Assembly: GCA_963780045.1 (NCBI GenBank)
Contig: CAVZZZ010000005.1
Coordinates: 743,255 to 807,254 of the forward strand
Reading direction: 5' to 3'
DNA: 64,000 nucleotides
Source of the DNA: an uncultured Planctomycetia bacterium
Lineage (GTDB): Bacteria > Planctomycetota > Planctomycetia > Pirellulales > Thermoguttaceae
The translations under genes and the position numbers were made by a program. Positions 62,265 through 64,000 of this stretch are shown here, piece after piece. Positions within the stretch are counted from its first letter, which is position 1, and each line of letters opens with the position of its first letter. The notes under the pieces were generated by a model. That model worked only from the letters and a program-made list of their open reading frames with translations. It made no database searches and was not told the DNA's origin.

Positions 62265-63644
62265 ATGAAGAACCAGGCCATGCTGCTCTTGGTAGATGAC
62301 GATCGCCACGTGCTCGGCTCCATGTCCGAGTGGCTCCGCGAGCAAGGCTATAAAGTCGATGCGGCCGCCACGCTGGCTGAGGGCACCGCGGCCGTCGATC
62401 GCAAAAATTACGACTTGGCGCTGGTCGATATCCGCCTGGGTGAGCACGACGGCTTCGACCTGCTGGCGCACGTGCGGCAAAAGCGGCCGGATACCTCGGT
62501 CATCATGCTTACCGGCTATGGTTCCGTGGAAGCGGCCGTCGAGGCGATCCGGCAGGGCGCGTTCGACTTTCTCACCAAGCCGCTGATCGACGAAGAACTC
62601 GACATGGCCATCCAACGGGCACTCAATCAGCGCGAGGTTCTGGAAGAGAACAAGACGCTCAAGGCCCAGCTCGATCTCCGCTTCGGCATGGAGAACATCA
62701 TTGGCCACGACCGCCGCATGCAGAAGATCTACGACATGATCGACAGCGTGGCCGACACCCGCGCCACGGTGCTCATCACCGGCGAAAGCGGCACCGGCAA
62801 ATCAATGATCGCCCGCGCGGTCCACCGCCGCAGCGGCCGGCGTGACAAGGCGTTCGTGGAAGTGGCCTGCGGCGCGCTGCCGGAAACGCTGCTGGAAAGC
62901 GAGCTTTTCGGCCACGTTGCCGGAGCGTTCACCGGCGCGACGGGCGACAAGCTCGGCAAGTTCAAACAGGCCGACGGCGGCACGATCTTCCTCGATGAAA
63001 TCGCCACCGCCAGCCCCGGCATGCAGGTCAAGCTGCTGCGCGTGCTGCAAGACCTGGAGTTCGAGCAAGTCGGCGGTACGAAGACGTTCAAAGTCGATAC
63101 TCGTGTGATCTTGGCCACGAACGAGGACCTTGGCCGCGCGGTGGCCGACGGCCGCTTCCGCCAGGACCTTTACTACCGCGTCAACGTGATCAACATCGAG
63201 CTGCCGAACCTGCGCGACCGCATCGCCGACATTCCCTTGCTGGCCGAGCACTTCCTCCGCCAGGTCTGCACCGAGTCGGGCAAGAAGGTCAGCGGCTTCA
63301 GCGACGAAGCGTCGGCCGTCTTGCAACGCTTCCGCTGGCCCGGCAACGTCCGCGAGCTGCAGAACGTGATCGAGCGGGCCGTGCTGCTGGGCAAGAGCAC
63401 TACAATCGGCCTTGAAGATCTACCGGCGCATCTTTTGGCCGACTGCCCGATAGCTTTGGAGTCGGCCGGCACGCGGGGGTTAAAGGAATCACTGGCCGCC
63501 CCGGAGCGACAAATCATTCTGAACGTGCTTGAGGCGAACCGATGGAACCGCCAGGCGACCGCCGAGGCGCTGGGCATCAATCGCACCACGCTTTACAAGA
63601 AGATGAAGCGCCTGGGGCTGGAAGAGATGGCGGCGGCGAGGTAA
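62265..63644 (+). CDS. sigma54-dependent response regulator (NtrC/AtoC family)
   Basis: Receiver domain ('[10 protein letters not shown]', '[13 protein letters not shown]'). AAA+ module with 'GESGTGKS' and 'GAFTGA'. HTH '[25 protein letters not shown]'. Confidence 0.9.
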   Translation: MKNQAMLLLVDDDRHVLGSMSEWLREQGYKVDAAATLAEGTAAVDRKNYDLALVDIRLGEHDGFDLLAHVRQKRPDTSVIMLTGYGSVEAAVEAIRQGAFDFLTKPLIDEELDMAIQRALNQREVLEENKTLKAQLDLRFGMENIIGHDRRMQKIYDMIDSVADTRATVLITGESGTGKSMIARAVHRRSGRRDKAFVEVACGALPETLLESELFGHVAGAFTGATGDKLGKFKQADGGTIFLDEIATASPGMQVKLLRVLQDLEFEQVGGTKTFKVDTRVILATNEDLGRAVADGRFRQDLYYRVNVINIELPNLRDRIADIPLLAEHFLRQVCTESGKKVSGFSDEASAVLQRFRWPGNVRELQNVIERAVLLGKSTTIGLEDLPAHLLADCPIALESAGTRGLKESLAAPERQIILNVLEANRWNRQATAEALGINRTTLYKKMKRLGLEEMAAAR

Positions 63645-63727
63645 GAGCGCCTGCGACTTTCCAAATCGCCGCACATCGCTTATTCTTGCGATAGTGCAAC
63701 TTCGCTTTTCGCCCAACAGGTGCCCGC

Positions 63728-64000
63728 GTGCCGACAGTCGTTTCGTGTCCGAATTGTGAAAAAAAGCTGGCCGTCAAGGACCAGTTCAAGGGCCGAAGTT
63801 TGATATGCCCGCAGTGCAAGCGCCGGTTCACCGTACCTGCGGACGATGTGCTGGTGCTCGGCGTCAGTTCAGCGCCGAGCGATGGCGGAATGGGTTTTCT
63901 CGACGGCTTGGGACCGTCTTCGGCACGTCCGGCAAAAAGCGTCGGCTCGCGTTCGACGACCGGCTACTCGCCTCGCACTGCGGTCGGCGGCGCGGCCCGT
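63728..64000 (+). CDS. zinc-ribbon protein, 3' end outside window
   Basis: The frame is open from GTG 63728 to the window end. 'CPNCEKKLAVKDQFKGRSLICPQCKRRFTVP' is similar to the N-terminus of the 21886..22947 protein. It is absent from the ORF track because there is no stop. Confidence 0.5.
   Translation, partial: MPTVVSCPNCEKKLAVKDQFKGRSLICPQCKRRFTVPADDVLVLGVSSAPSDGGMGFLDGLGPSSARPAKSVGSRSTTGYSPRTAVGGAAR

Overview
This is a visibly GC-rich chromosomal segment (about two-thirds G+C by eye, not computed). Its gene content looks planctomycete-like. That is an inference from four Hanks-type Ser/Thr kinases, WD40/TPR sensor arrays, a PEP-CTERM protein, a DUF1207-like OMP and two sigma54 enhancer-binding proteins. 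I can support about 45 protein-coding genes. I saw no rRNA, tRNA, CRISPR array, transposase or integrase.

Gene order along the window:
- G6PD C-terminus fused to a cNMP-binding domain.
- A duplicated kinase cassette, joined once to 15 WD40 blades and once to TPRs.
- GH63-type glucosidase, then an 11-bp x6 tandem repeat, then a ~1185-aa candidate PPi-type PEPCK.
- Envelope genes: beta-barrel OMP, SYLF protein, PQQ-propeller protein, PEP-CTERM protein.
- FAD monooxygenase and a TolC-like OMP.
- An NtrB/NtrC-like pair, convergent with a sigma54-promoter-driven operon for secreted Gly/His/Tyr/Trp low-complexity proteins.
- CheY plus a CsrA with a long C-terminal extension.
- RND pump plus adaptor.
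- XRE-ImmA/PIN cassette.
- A 1197-aa kinase.
- A small-protein/retropepsin pair.
- A CPC-type P-type ATPase fused in frame to an HflK-like SPFH protein, followed by HflC-like and His-rich HflK-like genes.
- C25-like peptidase, a large TPR protein and a UDP-sugar pyrophosphorylase.
- A kinase with a polytopic membrane tail.
- LuxR-type and NtrC-type response regulators.

Major caveat: more than 20 small indels break reading frames in about 14 genes, and several sit in homopolymer or CG runs. I read this mainly as assembly error, not gene decay. Type 'pseudogene' below only means 'frame-disrupted as given'.
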